A stretch of 59,945 bases of DNA, the filler included, from Asterionella formosa (taxonomy: Eukaryota): NCBI GenBank assembly GCA_002256025.1. It is 13 parts of 13 records of this genome, joined end to end, with 100 filler letters (N's around TTAATTAATTAA, not from the genome) between each part and the next. Parts side by side here need not be neighbours in the genome. Positions count along the whole stretch, not along the records: positions 18,511 to 23,035 come from NKIB01013478.1; positions 23,136 to 27,660 come from NKIB01013479.1; positions 27,761 to 32,279 come from NKIB01013480.1; positions 32,380 to 36,895 come from NKIB01013482.1; 9 more parts are not named here. One strand, given 5' to 3'. A program made the translations under genes and the position numbers. Shown piece after piece: positions 21,772-32,758 of the stretch (positions are counted from its first letter, which is position 1; each line of letters opens with the position of its first letter). The notes below the pieces were generated by a model. That model saw nothing but the letters and a program-made list of their open reading frames with translations. It ran no database searches and was not told the origin of the DNA.

Positions 21772-23035
21772 ATTTGATGTGTTCGAACTGCGTGGTGTGG
21801 TCGATGTCACATCGCGAATGGCCTCGGTGAAAAATGTTGCAAATGCTTTTTTGTTGTCACCTGTTAACTGAACGTGTGCGTCTTTTCTATCACAGTTGTC
21901 TATGCAGATCCCTGATATCTGCCAACGGCAACAATTTGTTGCCCCATTTACTCTGGGTGCCTTTCGCAGAACTGAGGGCGGAAAAGCGTCGCGATAGAAG
22001 ATGCCTGTCGGAAGTCGAAAAAGGATGTCGGCTCGCGGGTTAGTGACTGCTCTGCCTCGGATGAAATTTGTTGTGTTTTGTTGGTGGTTGTTTTCCTGCT
22101 GTTGATGTCTGTTTCCTTGTTGCTGGTGTCTGCGATTGTTTTCGTCGAATTGGTCGTCCCGAGTACGTTTGGAATGTAGAAAAAGTGCGGCAACCCGTGG
22201 GTGAAGTGGTGAGGTCATGGGGTTTCCGACAGCGATCTGGCGTTGTTGTTGCGAGAAATCGAGGAGTTGAAAATCCATTTCTTGGACTGATCTTGCATAC
22301 CTTGAGTTGCGCCAGAACGCCTGTATCATGTTGTCCATGATTGTAAGTTGGTGCGCGAAAAAGCGAAAATCGAGATCGGAGCAATGCCGATAGGTGGCGC
22401 GATTTGCCTCGATATGGGTTAGCCACGTGCACAATCGGTCAGCAGTGAAGCAATTTCCTAGAACGAAAAGGACAATTGCGATCATGTTCTTAATGGTTGT
22501 TTCAAAATCTGCAACCGTCTTTGCAACAATCAACAGTTTCTTGTCGCTCAAACGTTTCATGATCTGATTGTAGCGGTCGCTGTCTCCTGCTGCATCAATG
22601 GTGGCATTGGATATGATCTCTATATCTGACGAAGACACCATGTTATTCGACTCCGATAGCAGTTTGAAAAGGCTGATGCGCGAAGGTCCCTCGGTCGGGT
22701 CGTAGTTAAACTGTAATTGGCTAATGCACAGAGTTGTAAATGGATCTAAACGTAGATCTTGACAGTTTAGAATGGATTGTAGATACTCTGCCATAAATTG
22801 CTGTGCTGCGGATGTATTCGAGCTGAGCGAGAGGAATGTAGCAAGGGATTGAATGGGCTCCGTAATGATGTCGTCATCATGAGCTGCCATTAAACGAAGG
22901 ATCTGATCTTGGAGGAATTTAGGTTGTTTTTCCCAGGCCCTAGAAGAAGATGGAGTGTTAGAAGACCTAGCTTCCACTAACCTGTCTGTGTTTGTAGCTA
23001 GGTTCGAAGCAGCGCTCACTAGTGCTGCGGCTACC
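21769..23035 (-). CDS. Gag-like protein with C-terminal CCCH-type knuckle, copy 2, 5'-partial
   Basis: More than 416 open codons upstream of pol; Q/N-rich linker, then CCRWQISGICIDNCDRKDAH. Confidence 0.85.
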
Positions 23036-23135
23036 NNNNNNNNNNNNNNNNNNNNNNNNNNNNNNNNNNNNNNNNNNNNTTAATTAATTAANNNNNNNNN
23101 NNNNNNNNNNNNNNNNNNNNNNNNNNNNNNNNNNN

Positions 23136-24482
23136 ATGACTTTGTGCTTGATAGTGAAAGGACAAAGGTGACTTTCATCAAAAATGTTGCAATGAAGCAG
23201 ATCTCGGTCAAGGTTCTCCGAAAAATTTGCGTCAGATACAAAGTTTCTGGATACAAAAAGGCGAAGAAGGCTTTCACTGTTGCTTTGATTGCTCGACTTT
23301 TGAAGAGAGAAAGCTTGTCACAGAGGATATACCCTAGATCTTTCATTGTCAATGAATCAGACATTGAATTGGATAGTGATAATGATAATCACGAAAATTC
23401 ATCAATTAATGATGAGGAATTCAAAGTCGATGAAGATTGCGAAGATGATAATGATGAAAGGAACGAAAAAGTTCAAGAGGCAACAGCAGTGCAGCCACAT
23501 GAGTCTTTCGTCGATCCTCAGTTTGATCAAGAGGAAGTGAACCCTCCAGTAAAAAAGGCGAAAAAGAATAAGGCACAGGCAAAGTCAACCACTCCAGATG
23601 CTGTGACCTGCATCAACACATACTTCCGTGTCATTAATGTCTACATGTGCAACAAGCATCGCAGTGATGTTTTGCGTCTAGGTCAGCCACCAACTCTGGC
23701 TGAACTTGATGCAAAAAGATTTCGACACAAGTTCATTTTCGATCGACTTGTTGTCACATATAATGATAATGAGGATGACGACTGCATCATTCTAGCATTT
23801 CCCGGAGATGAATACTGGGACCAAGTTGGAATTGATGCTGACTACGCCAAAAAAATGATATCCTCACTTCCAAAGACTTCATTGGTAATGGGATACATTA
23901 ATCATCATTATCAAGTTGCCTATCGAAAAAACAAACAATCAGGCAATCATGATGATTTTGTCAAATTTGTTGGGTCACGTCATTTCCTATATTACTACCA
24001 TCTTTGGTTGTGTCAAATTCCACATCTATTGAATTTTGCTGTACCACTGTTACCAAAATATGCCTTCCATGAGAGTATAGACATTGACGATACTGCCACC
24101 ACATTGTCATCAAAATCAAAATCTTCAAGCAATTTCAGTGTTAGAAAGAAGGGAAGACATGCAATCTTGACGCAAAAACCTACATCATCTTCTCAAAATC
24201 TTGCAATTGCATTGGAATCATTTGAGAAGTCAAATGTTGCAAAACTCAGACTGCTAGAGTCTACAACTAAACCACGCAGAGAAAATGATCTACTGGATGT
24301 CTTTGATAAGTATAAGGTCGGTCCGACTAAGAGTTGCGCGGGAGGAACTGGAAGAACTCGAAAAAAAAGATTATGACTCTTCAAGTTCTGACATTGTCCA
24401 AGCTCATTTAGAAATTGCATTGTGTAAAAGAAAGCGTGATCAGGTCTTTAATCTCTTGTCTCAAGGTGACACATTGAAATGA
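23136..24482 (+). pseudogene. Unknown protein, 5'-partial, probable frameshift near 24320; possibly a transposon accessory protein
   Basis: 410-codon ORF with a basic helical N-terminus, an acidic tract and 'FRVINV...TLAELD...SGNHDDFVKF...YYYHLW'. A coiled-coil-like C-terminus (RLRVAREELEELEKK) continues in another frame to 24482. Confidence 0.45.
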
Positions 24483-25647
24483 ATATTTTGTTTCAACAAT
24501 CAATTATAATCTACATTAAATTTAATTACAACACAGTCCACTTCTACATATTGATATCAAAAGACAAACAACCGGTACTAACAAATTCATTCTCATACCA
24601 GTTTCCATCTATAGGATTAGTCATACTGTGTGCTACAGTTACATGCCCAGCCCTAGAAGGGCTGGATGCTCTATAGGGATGACGCCTAGAGGCGTCGTCC
24701 TTTTGCCCTAACCCTTAAGTCACAGATTAAGTTCTCGAAAATTCACAGTCAGCTTATACTAGTTATGATTTCTAGAACTGATAATTTACAACACTAGTTT
24801 AATTCATCTACACTAGCAATTCGCAATCCTTGCGGGCTTACTACAATCCAACGACTGTACTAGCCTCTCAGCAACCGAATAAGCTCACAAAGTCCTGTTT
24901 CTTTGAAGGATACTGGCTGATGAGCTACCGGTAGCTTTTGACACTGACACTGACACTGAAGCACAAGATGACTCTTCGCAGTGACGGATGAGCGATTCCG
25001 GCTATTGAGACAGGAAAGTGAACCATCTGTCTTGGCTCGACCCACCAGAAGCAGAAACGAAAAGGAGGCATCATTCATGATACAACTCCTGCTGATGCTG
25101 CAATAAGGAGAAAAGAAGGAGCAAAAGTACTCCATAATCGACATGGTTCATGGTCACGTTCATTGTCATGATGAACAAAAGGATACTACTAGATGAGAAC
25201 TGACATTGGAACATGCCTGAAGAGGGAATGCTGTTGATAATACAACAACAACAACAACTATTAATATCAATGAGACTCACCAAAAGTCGTTGCACAGGAA
25301 AATGGAGAAAATAAGATACAAGCATCAAGTAATCATTAGGGAGGACCGTGCACCACCACCACCACATCGTCACCTTTTTCTGTCAACACCTGAGAAAGTG
25401 TGGATCACGTTTGATCATGAGTATCCAGCACCAAGACATAGCTAAGGTCACATGTACAACTACCAGGGATCAGAAACATATTTTGGAGGCACCACAGCAG
25501 CACCAAGCAATCTTTTCTAATGACAACAATTTGGTAGAGCATTCGTTGGAAAAAGAAAAAGAGAATCGAACTAGGAGAAATTCACTAGTATGTAGTTATA
25601 TCTTAATCATTTTTTATCATGACTTCATCAAGAAAACAGATAACATA

Positions 25648-27660
25648 TCACTTAATGTTATTCCTCCGAAGTGTTGAGCGTTTTGGCTGTTTTTCCATCT
25701 TCATGCTGTCAAGTTCTTCCTGCAGCTTTGCTATCACATCACTTAAAGCTGTAATTTGTTCTAAAGCTTTCCTTTCTCTTTCCATTACCTCCTTAATGTC
25801 CTGAGTATTCCTGCAAACTTCATCCTTGTAAGCTTCACGATGATCTGCATACATTTGGCCGCCATCACTTTGTGGAGGGGACTTCATCTTGGCCACATTT
25901 TGTTTAACCGCATCTAATTCGAGCTCAACTTTGGCTCTATCTGCAAGTGCATCATTCAGCCTCTGGGAGTATTGCTTTTGAGAATCTTTCAACCGCTTCA
26001 CATCTGTGGCAAGATAATCAACATCAACTTCACTGGATCCTTGGATGACCAAAGCTTCTTTATCACTAACCACTTTCGTTTTTTCAGTTACGCAGGGTTT
26101 GATGTCTTGATTCAGAAACGAACCATTATTTGCATTCATGGTAGTGACTGTATTCGGTAGTTGAATCTTTGGTAGTTTCTTAACTTCATCAATTGACATG
26201 TTCAAGGTATTTGCAGCAAGACATTCATGCAGGTTTATCTCGAAATCGAAACTATGAAAAAAAAGTAGAGAGGAGTATCTACTCCTGGCTTCATTATGTG
26301 AGCAAGAGCACAGTCAGCAACTGCACATCCTTTTTCCCTTGCCGGTGTGTTTGCTTTCTCAGCATGCATGTCTTGAAATTCCCAAACTTGTCATCAATGG
26401 TGCCAAATGTTTTGTCAGCATGCAGTGCCCGTACCATTATTCTAGCAAAGCACTCTACATCATACTTGTATGATACATAATTGTTTCTCTTCAGGGAAGC
26501 TAGAGTGGCAAAATCTGCAACATTAGCAACACCCAGCCACTGATCTCGACTCTCTTTGAGTTGAACAATCATCTGAAAGAAGGAACCAATTGTATGCGCA
26601 CCAGGTAATTGTATTTCATTCTTAACAACCCCGATGGCATTAGCAACAAGTGCACCAATTTTGGTATTCTTGATCTGCTCAACTTTATTATTTCTAAAAA
26701 GTTGGATGATAAAAGAACGTACAGAACCATTGCTACCAGCTGCCAGCATGTTTGAGGAAAGACCCTCACAAGCTCCAATCATACAGTTTAGTTTGCCAAA
26801 AAGTTCTAGATAGAACTCACTGTATTTCTTACAAGAAAGGATTGCCTTTTGTTCCTCCTGATCGTCAGAATCCTGGCTTGTTTTTTCAAGAAATATTTTC
26901 AATATTTCCTGATGCTTGGTTGTGAGTTCAAAACTAGATGCTTGATTTGACTTCTTGTCATCAAAAGATTCAATGAGAATCTTAATACGTTCATTGTCTT
27001 CTTGCGTCTTTGACATAAGCTTGACAAGATTCTCATGTACAATGCGCTCATTGTCTCCTTTTGTATTGGTGCCTTCCTGTTGCTGATTAATTTAAAACCT
27101 ATCTTTGACAATGTGATCAGTGGGGTTATTTCTGCTTGGTGTTGAAGTTGTTGGGGAAGGAGGATATGCTGCATTTTTTGTTGTTGTTGATGATGTTGGC
27201 TGAGTTGTGTTGGCTACTGTTGGTTTGCGGTTCTTGTTTGCATCAATGAGTTTGTTTATATCTTTTAGTAGACCAATTGAATTCTTCCAGAGAGAAAGTG
27301 TGGTCAAGACAGTATTGACTTTGAGAGCCTCTGCAATGGCCTTGGCTCCATGATCACCAATTGAATTATTATAGAGATCAAGTCTAGTCAAGACAGTATT
27401 GACCTTGAGAGCCACTGCAATGGCCTTGGCTCCGTCAACACCAATTGAATTACTTCCGAGATCCAGTGTAGTCAATCCAGTATTGACCTTGAGAGCCTCT
27501 GCAATGGCCTTGGCTCCGTCAAAACCAATTGAATTATTACAGAGATAAAGTGTTGTCAATACAGTATTGACCTTGAGAGCCTCTACAATGGCCTTGGATC
27601 CGTCAAAACCAATTGAATTCCAACTGAGATCAAGTTTAGTCAAGACAGCATTGTCCTTGA
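25648..27660 (-). pseudogene. Disrupted gene for an RI-type (NLRC3-like, 28-aa) leucine-rich-repeat protein with a C-terminal coiled coil; 5'-partial
   Basis: LTTLDLGSNSIGVDGAKAIAVALKVNTV-type repeats. The TAA at 27092-27094 is in frame with ORF 27016-26294 (25 open codons between), and further frameshifts near 26230-26380 lead into ORF 26205-25648. Confidence 0.65.
27270..27660. repeat. 84-bp coding tandem repeat (LRR units), about 4.5 copies
   Basis: Recurring 'cagtattgaccttgagagcctctgcaatggccttggctcc...ccaattgaatt' at 84-nt period. Confidence 0.9.
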
Positions 27661-27760
27661 NNNNNNNNNNNNNNNNNNNNNNNNNNNNNNNNNNNNNNNN
27701 NNNNTTAATTAATTAANNNNNNNNNNNNNNNNNNNNNNNNNNNNNNNNNNNNNNNNNNNN

Positions 27761-29689
27761 CTGCGGCTACTTCTGCTGCAGCGGCTGCCATGTTTCAAGC
27801 GGCCCTTGCTCAGAATCCTGTCATGGCAAAAACTGGCGGAGCTGAGACCTATAACGCTATGCAGCACCTTGCATACTATCAATTCATCCAATCTCAAGCA
27901 GTCGCTCAGATCGCCCAAATGGGAAGCCCCCAGAATTTTTTCGACCAAAATGCTGCCTTAGCATTTGCTGGACAACAAGCAGTCTCTCAACTGCAAGGTG
28001 AGTTATGCAAGTTATGCAGCATCGACCATGATCTATTTTGTTTCTCTGTTGGAGTCATCGTCGTTTTCTTCTGTTTTCCTTTCCTTCGCTGTTTCAATCG
28101 GAAACGTACACAATACCGATCGCCTGATGATGCCATTGATTCAAGTAACCTGGTACCATGCCTGGGTTCCCATCAACATCTGTTTTTTGAGTGGAAGAAT
28201 GCATCCAGAACGAGCAGCTTGCGCATCTAAACGAGCACGTGTCACGGTTCTGACATCGATGACCTCACATTTTCAAACGTTTTGATTGGCTGTCCCAAAA
28301 TGTCGAAACAAGCTGTTCCCGCTGCTTTTCGCGTCTGCTTCGTTCCAGATGGCCCTACGCCATTTGGTTTTTAATACTGGCACGCACTTTGCACAGACAC
28401 GCTGACTTCGAAACCATGCATCACATGGCATCATCACGGTGTCTACCTGCCAGATGACTCCAGAATATGACAAATCTTGGGATTATTCTTGAGCTTGGTT
28501 TCGCCATATCCACTTTTTGTCTAACATCTCCTTTCCCTTCCGCAATCCAGCTCCTTCTCCATCCATGATGGCGGCCCATCCCTCGCATGCACAGCATATC
28601 AATGCGCTTGGGGCTACCATGTCAAACTTACAGCAGGTCATTCCAGGTCCATCGCCGGTAACGGCTTCATCAAAGCCATTGCCGACCGGAAATATGTTAC
28701 CACCACCTCCACCTTCTCAGGTTCCTCCAATCCCTAGTATCTCAAGCTCCCAGCAGCTTCCCATTGCTCCCAATAAACCTGTACTTGCGAGTCCAACGCA
28801 AACTAACATAGCTTTACGTCCAGTTTCGAGTTGCAACGCGGATAATAGTGGAAGTGATGATGACATCAGTCCTTACGGGGAGGGTCACGGCGACAAGAAA
28901 CATCTAAAGCGCGCTGCCAATCGTCGATCGGCTCAACTAAGTCGGAAAAGAAAGAAGCAGTTCATTGAAGAGCTTAAGGAAGAAAATGACGAACTTCGTC
29001 GGAAAGAAGCCATCCTTCGCTCAATTCCAGATCTCATTGTTGTCTTTGACTCTGCTGGCAAACTTTGGTTTGTATCTCACTCTGTGAACCGCTTTTTGGA
29101 CTTTTCTCCTTCGGAACTGCAGGGATCTTCCTTTTGGGAGAGACTATGCCCAGAGAGCGTCCGTCTCCTCAAGGCTGCCTTCATGGACGCCCTTGCTGCT
29201 CGAAAGCCTGACATGGACACTGCTGCACTTGGTGCTGGGGTTTGGGAACTAAGGCTTGTGGACAAGGACGGCTCGCACAAGGTCATTACTCTCAATGGTG
29301 TGGTTCACTTTAGCGGTGAGACTCCAGAGTGTGTCTGCTCCATTCGCCCTCGCGACGAGCTTTCTGAAGGAGGTGGTGCTGCTGCCCCGCTGGTCGCAGC
29401 TTTGTCGGACTCCACCACAGTCAGTCTTTCTGAATCATCTCATGTGGTTGCATCCGTTTCGGCGTCTTCTGGAAGTGGCCATCATCATGGACGAAAGCAA
29501 AGTACTGTCTTCACTGACATCAAGCCTGGGCAGTCTGTTATAAGCACTTCCTGCGGAAGCGAATCCTCCGTTCGCATCGTACAGGGAAAACATGGCGCGA
29601 ACGACGCCCCTGATGCAGACCGTCAAGCTGTTCGTATCAGTGATGCCGACAGCGGAAGTGTCGTGAGTGAAAGCGGAAGTGATGAATGA
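27761..29689 (+). CDS. bZIP-PAS transcription factor (stramenopile type), 5'-partial; exons <27761-27997 and 28551-29689
   Basis: bZIP basic region KRAANRRSAQLSRKRKKQFIEELKEENDEL followed by a PAS domain (SIPDLIVVFDSAGKLWFVSHSV...). Phase-1 intron G|GTGAGT (27998) ... CTAAC ... CCAG| (28550) keeps the frame. Confidence 0.9.
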
Positions 29690-32600
29690 AGATGTCGATG
29701 GGAAATGCCGACTTTTACAAATATCAGGTCCATTTAATTTATGCCATATACTATGTATGGATAATTAAGTTTATTAAAGATTGTTTTCTAGCATCAATCT
29801 TCTTCCATTGCCAGGCGAATAGTGGTTGCCTTTCCTGGGTACTTTCGAACTTTCCTAAAATGAGTCAAGAAAAGTATTTAGTATACACAATAGTGCATGA
29901 GCGAGGTGAATCATTAGGTTTAGATCATAAATTGGAACCATGGCGCCTATTTTTCAATTGAAGGAGATGTAACATTTGGCTCTAAACATTTAACTGGGTG
30001 AAAATCGGCATCTACCGAAAGCTACGAAAAAGTACTAGCATCACATGATTGTAGAGAAAATATCTCCTTTGATTCAAAATGGTTTATTCGCTTTTTCCAT
30101 TCAGCTAGCGTCACGGCTTTTGCAATGTAAATGGTACACTGAATGAGCACTGGCATCAAAAACCACCATCCTAGCATCCCTGGAAATGTCCATAGAAGCC
30201 ACAACGAAAATGTTGAACGAGTCAGTGTCCAGAGCGTCGAATTACAGGCAATCTATTGTCCCATACACTTCCTCAAATTGAAATATTATTCCTGCCATTT
30301 CTCAATTCAATGTCCATACCATCAAAGTAGGAAGAAATTTCTTCGTCCATCCATTCATTCATTTTTTTCATAATGTTTGTTTCATTAGCTCGCTTGATGG
30401 GAGGAATAATAGTTTCGGTTCAATTGCTTTGTTGAATGTGTATACTTTTGCCCTAAAGGTTGAGTATCATCCTGTGACTGCCAATATGTTGCCATCGAAG
30501 GACAGGGCAATACGGATATTCTCGCCATTTGTGTCATATTGAATGGACTGGTTTGAGCGACGAAGTCCTCTCCTTTGGATTTCATTTGCGATTTACAATT
30601 CTCCATGAAGCGGAGAAAGCTTGCTGTATGACCTGATTTGTTTATCGCTGGGATAGACCTATGAATGGCAACTGTACCACCATCCGTGCTAATTTGTACT
30701 TCTCTAGCAACATCTTCAATCGGGGCCTTCAAATTTGACAAACATTTCCAAATGATGCAATGAGAAGAAGCAGCAGCAACAACAACAACAAGCGCAACTC
30801 ATAAATGTAGCAATATTGAAGTAAAAAAAATATGTACACAAGTACTCATTATAAGTTGAAACATACAGAGATTCCTGATTCCAGATCAGGTTATGAGAGT
30901 GTCAAAGTGTTTTCGTCTCTATTTTCGTCTCTAGTGACCTGATTAGGAACATGTACCACAATCCACTACCGGTAGATGATTAAGTCAAGGACACATGGTA
31001 AAATATCGCATGTGAAATACCACAGTTGAGAGAGGAACTTTCAGGAGAAGTTCTCTCTAACTTATTAATTGGATTCTAGGAGACGATCAGACCTAGAGGC
31101 CAAATCAATAAATGATTGACTAGGCAATTACAGATATGTCTGCAAAATCAAGGAACATTAAAGAATCAAACTAGATATGATCTAGTTATGATTAACAGGA
31201 TCATACTGTAAGCAGTCTTCGATCAAACAGCATCTGGCCTAAGTTGAGACAGGCCAAGATTAAGACAAGCAAATGTGTATTTAGGAACAAGAGGATGTAG
31301 TTTATTTTCAGTTCAAGTTGGGAACACAAATGAACCTCACCTCCGAAGATCACCTCTATTTTGAAACATGCATGAGCTTGGAAGTTTCAAGATTGCACAT
31401 TCAAATTTACATTTACATTAAGCTCACTCTTTTATAAAAACAATTATAAGCAAAGAAAGTAAAACAAACAAATTGTGTAGAAACATTTTTCAAGCAACTT
31501 TTACTGCGTGAGAGCTACAGATACGTAACATCTACAACATAATCATGCTTTTCGTTGTTGTTGCCGTTAGAGATGAAAATGGTTTCTTTGTTGATTATGG
31601 TTCCTAGTACATTTCAACTCGAGTTTAGAGGTAGGGTTAAAAATATAATATTGAGTCAGAAATCTCAAACACACTTAGTACGACTAAAACATAAATGTGT
31701 ATCTCTAAACGGAGCTTTCACCAAAATACACCCTTTCCGTATGCTTAGATACAGTCATTGACCAAAGTAGGGTTAAGCATATAGGTCAACGCTATATATC
31801 GTCAGGATGTACTAGGATCTGGTGAGAAACTGTAGAAAGGAACTTACGACTGGAAATTTCGGGGGAAATCCCTTTATTTGGCATAGTAAAAAAACTAAAG
31901 TTTCTTTCTGCAGTTTTTCGCCAGAAGTTATATACTGATGCTATTTGAAGGTTACCTATGTATCTAAATCGGCTTCAGACCCAGCAAACGTTGAGCTATT
32001 GTCATCCAAAAATTCGACAAAATCGGCCTTTTCTGCCGTCTCCAAAATATCGGAATCAGAACCATTTAGCGCCGAAACGTCATCATCTGAATCAGAGTCT
32101 TGTGATGCAATATTTAGTCGTAAAATTTCCTGTACCAAAAATTCCATTGTAAAGTGCGCGAAGTAATTTACAGGTACTGATTGGCTATTGCGAAATACTT
32201 ACTTCCTTTTGATTGTGCGAGGAATTACAAATCCATACCGGCCACATTGGATACACAAGTAACCCATTTCCTTGGGTTTNNNNNNNNNNNNNNNNNNNNN
32301 NNNNNNNNNNNNNNNNNNNNNNNTTAATTAATTAANNNNNNNNNNNNNNNNNNNNNNNNNNNNNNNNNNNNNNNNNNNNAAGGGCAGTAGACAGAGTGAC
32401 AGCGATTCCTGCTCCAGCTTTCGTCTTGCCATTCGGGTACTTCTAAGTAACTTTTAGGCTCTAAGTAATTTCTTAAGTTATTTTTATTTAAGGGCAATAT
32501 GGGGCACATCGAATTTTTCAACCAGAATTATGGTAATGTGCATAGAGATCATACAACAAGCATAAAACACATGAGAATGATTGTAACATGCAACATCAAT

Positions 32601-32758
32601 GAAAATTGAACATGATGTTTGGAGCAACCGAAGTATGAAATGCGATGTAATAAGTAGTGTCAAATGAGAAATGGAAAAAATTGTTTTGAGTTAGAAATGA
32701 AGTAAATTTCAATGGAGATGTATGCATTGTGACATTTGTCTGTGAATAGATTTTCCAT

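Larger units (their letters stand above)
18511..23035 (-). mobile_element. Tyrosine-recombinase (DIRS-order) retrotransposon, internal region, copy 2 (all ORFs intact)
   Basis: Same length and same end points as copy 1, differing only by scattered substitutions. Confidence 0.92.

Noticed and set aside
21425..21772. 115-aa extra gene between gag and pol (also 16800-17147)
   Set aside because: It has only a TTG start and no motif. The same bases are fully open in the gag/pol frame, which explains the region better. Not strictly excluded.
13886..23035. Tandem head-to-tail retrotransposon array
   Set aside because: The two copies are separate contigs made adjacent only by length sorting and an artificial linker.
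28517..29689. Aureochrome (bZIP-LOV photoreceptor)
   Set aside because: The PAS domain lacks the LOV GxNCRFLQ flavin-binding motif.
30880..31500. Copia LTR end plus primer-binding site (TCA-GGTTATGAG) and a hairpin near 31025-31060
   Set aside because: Only a short partial PBS match, with no second LTR and no gag/pol remnant recognised.
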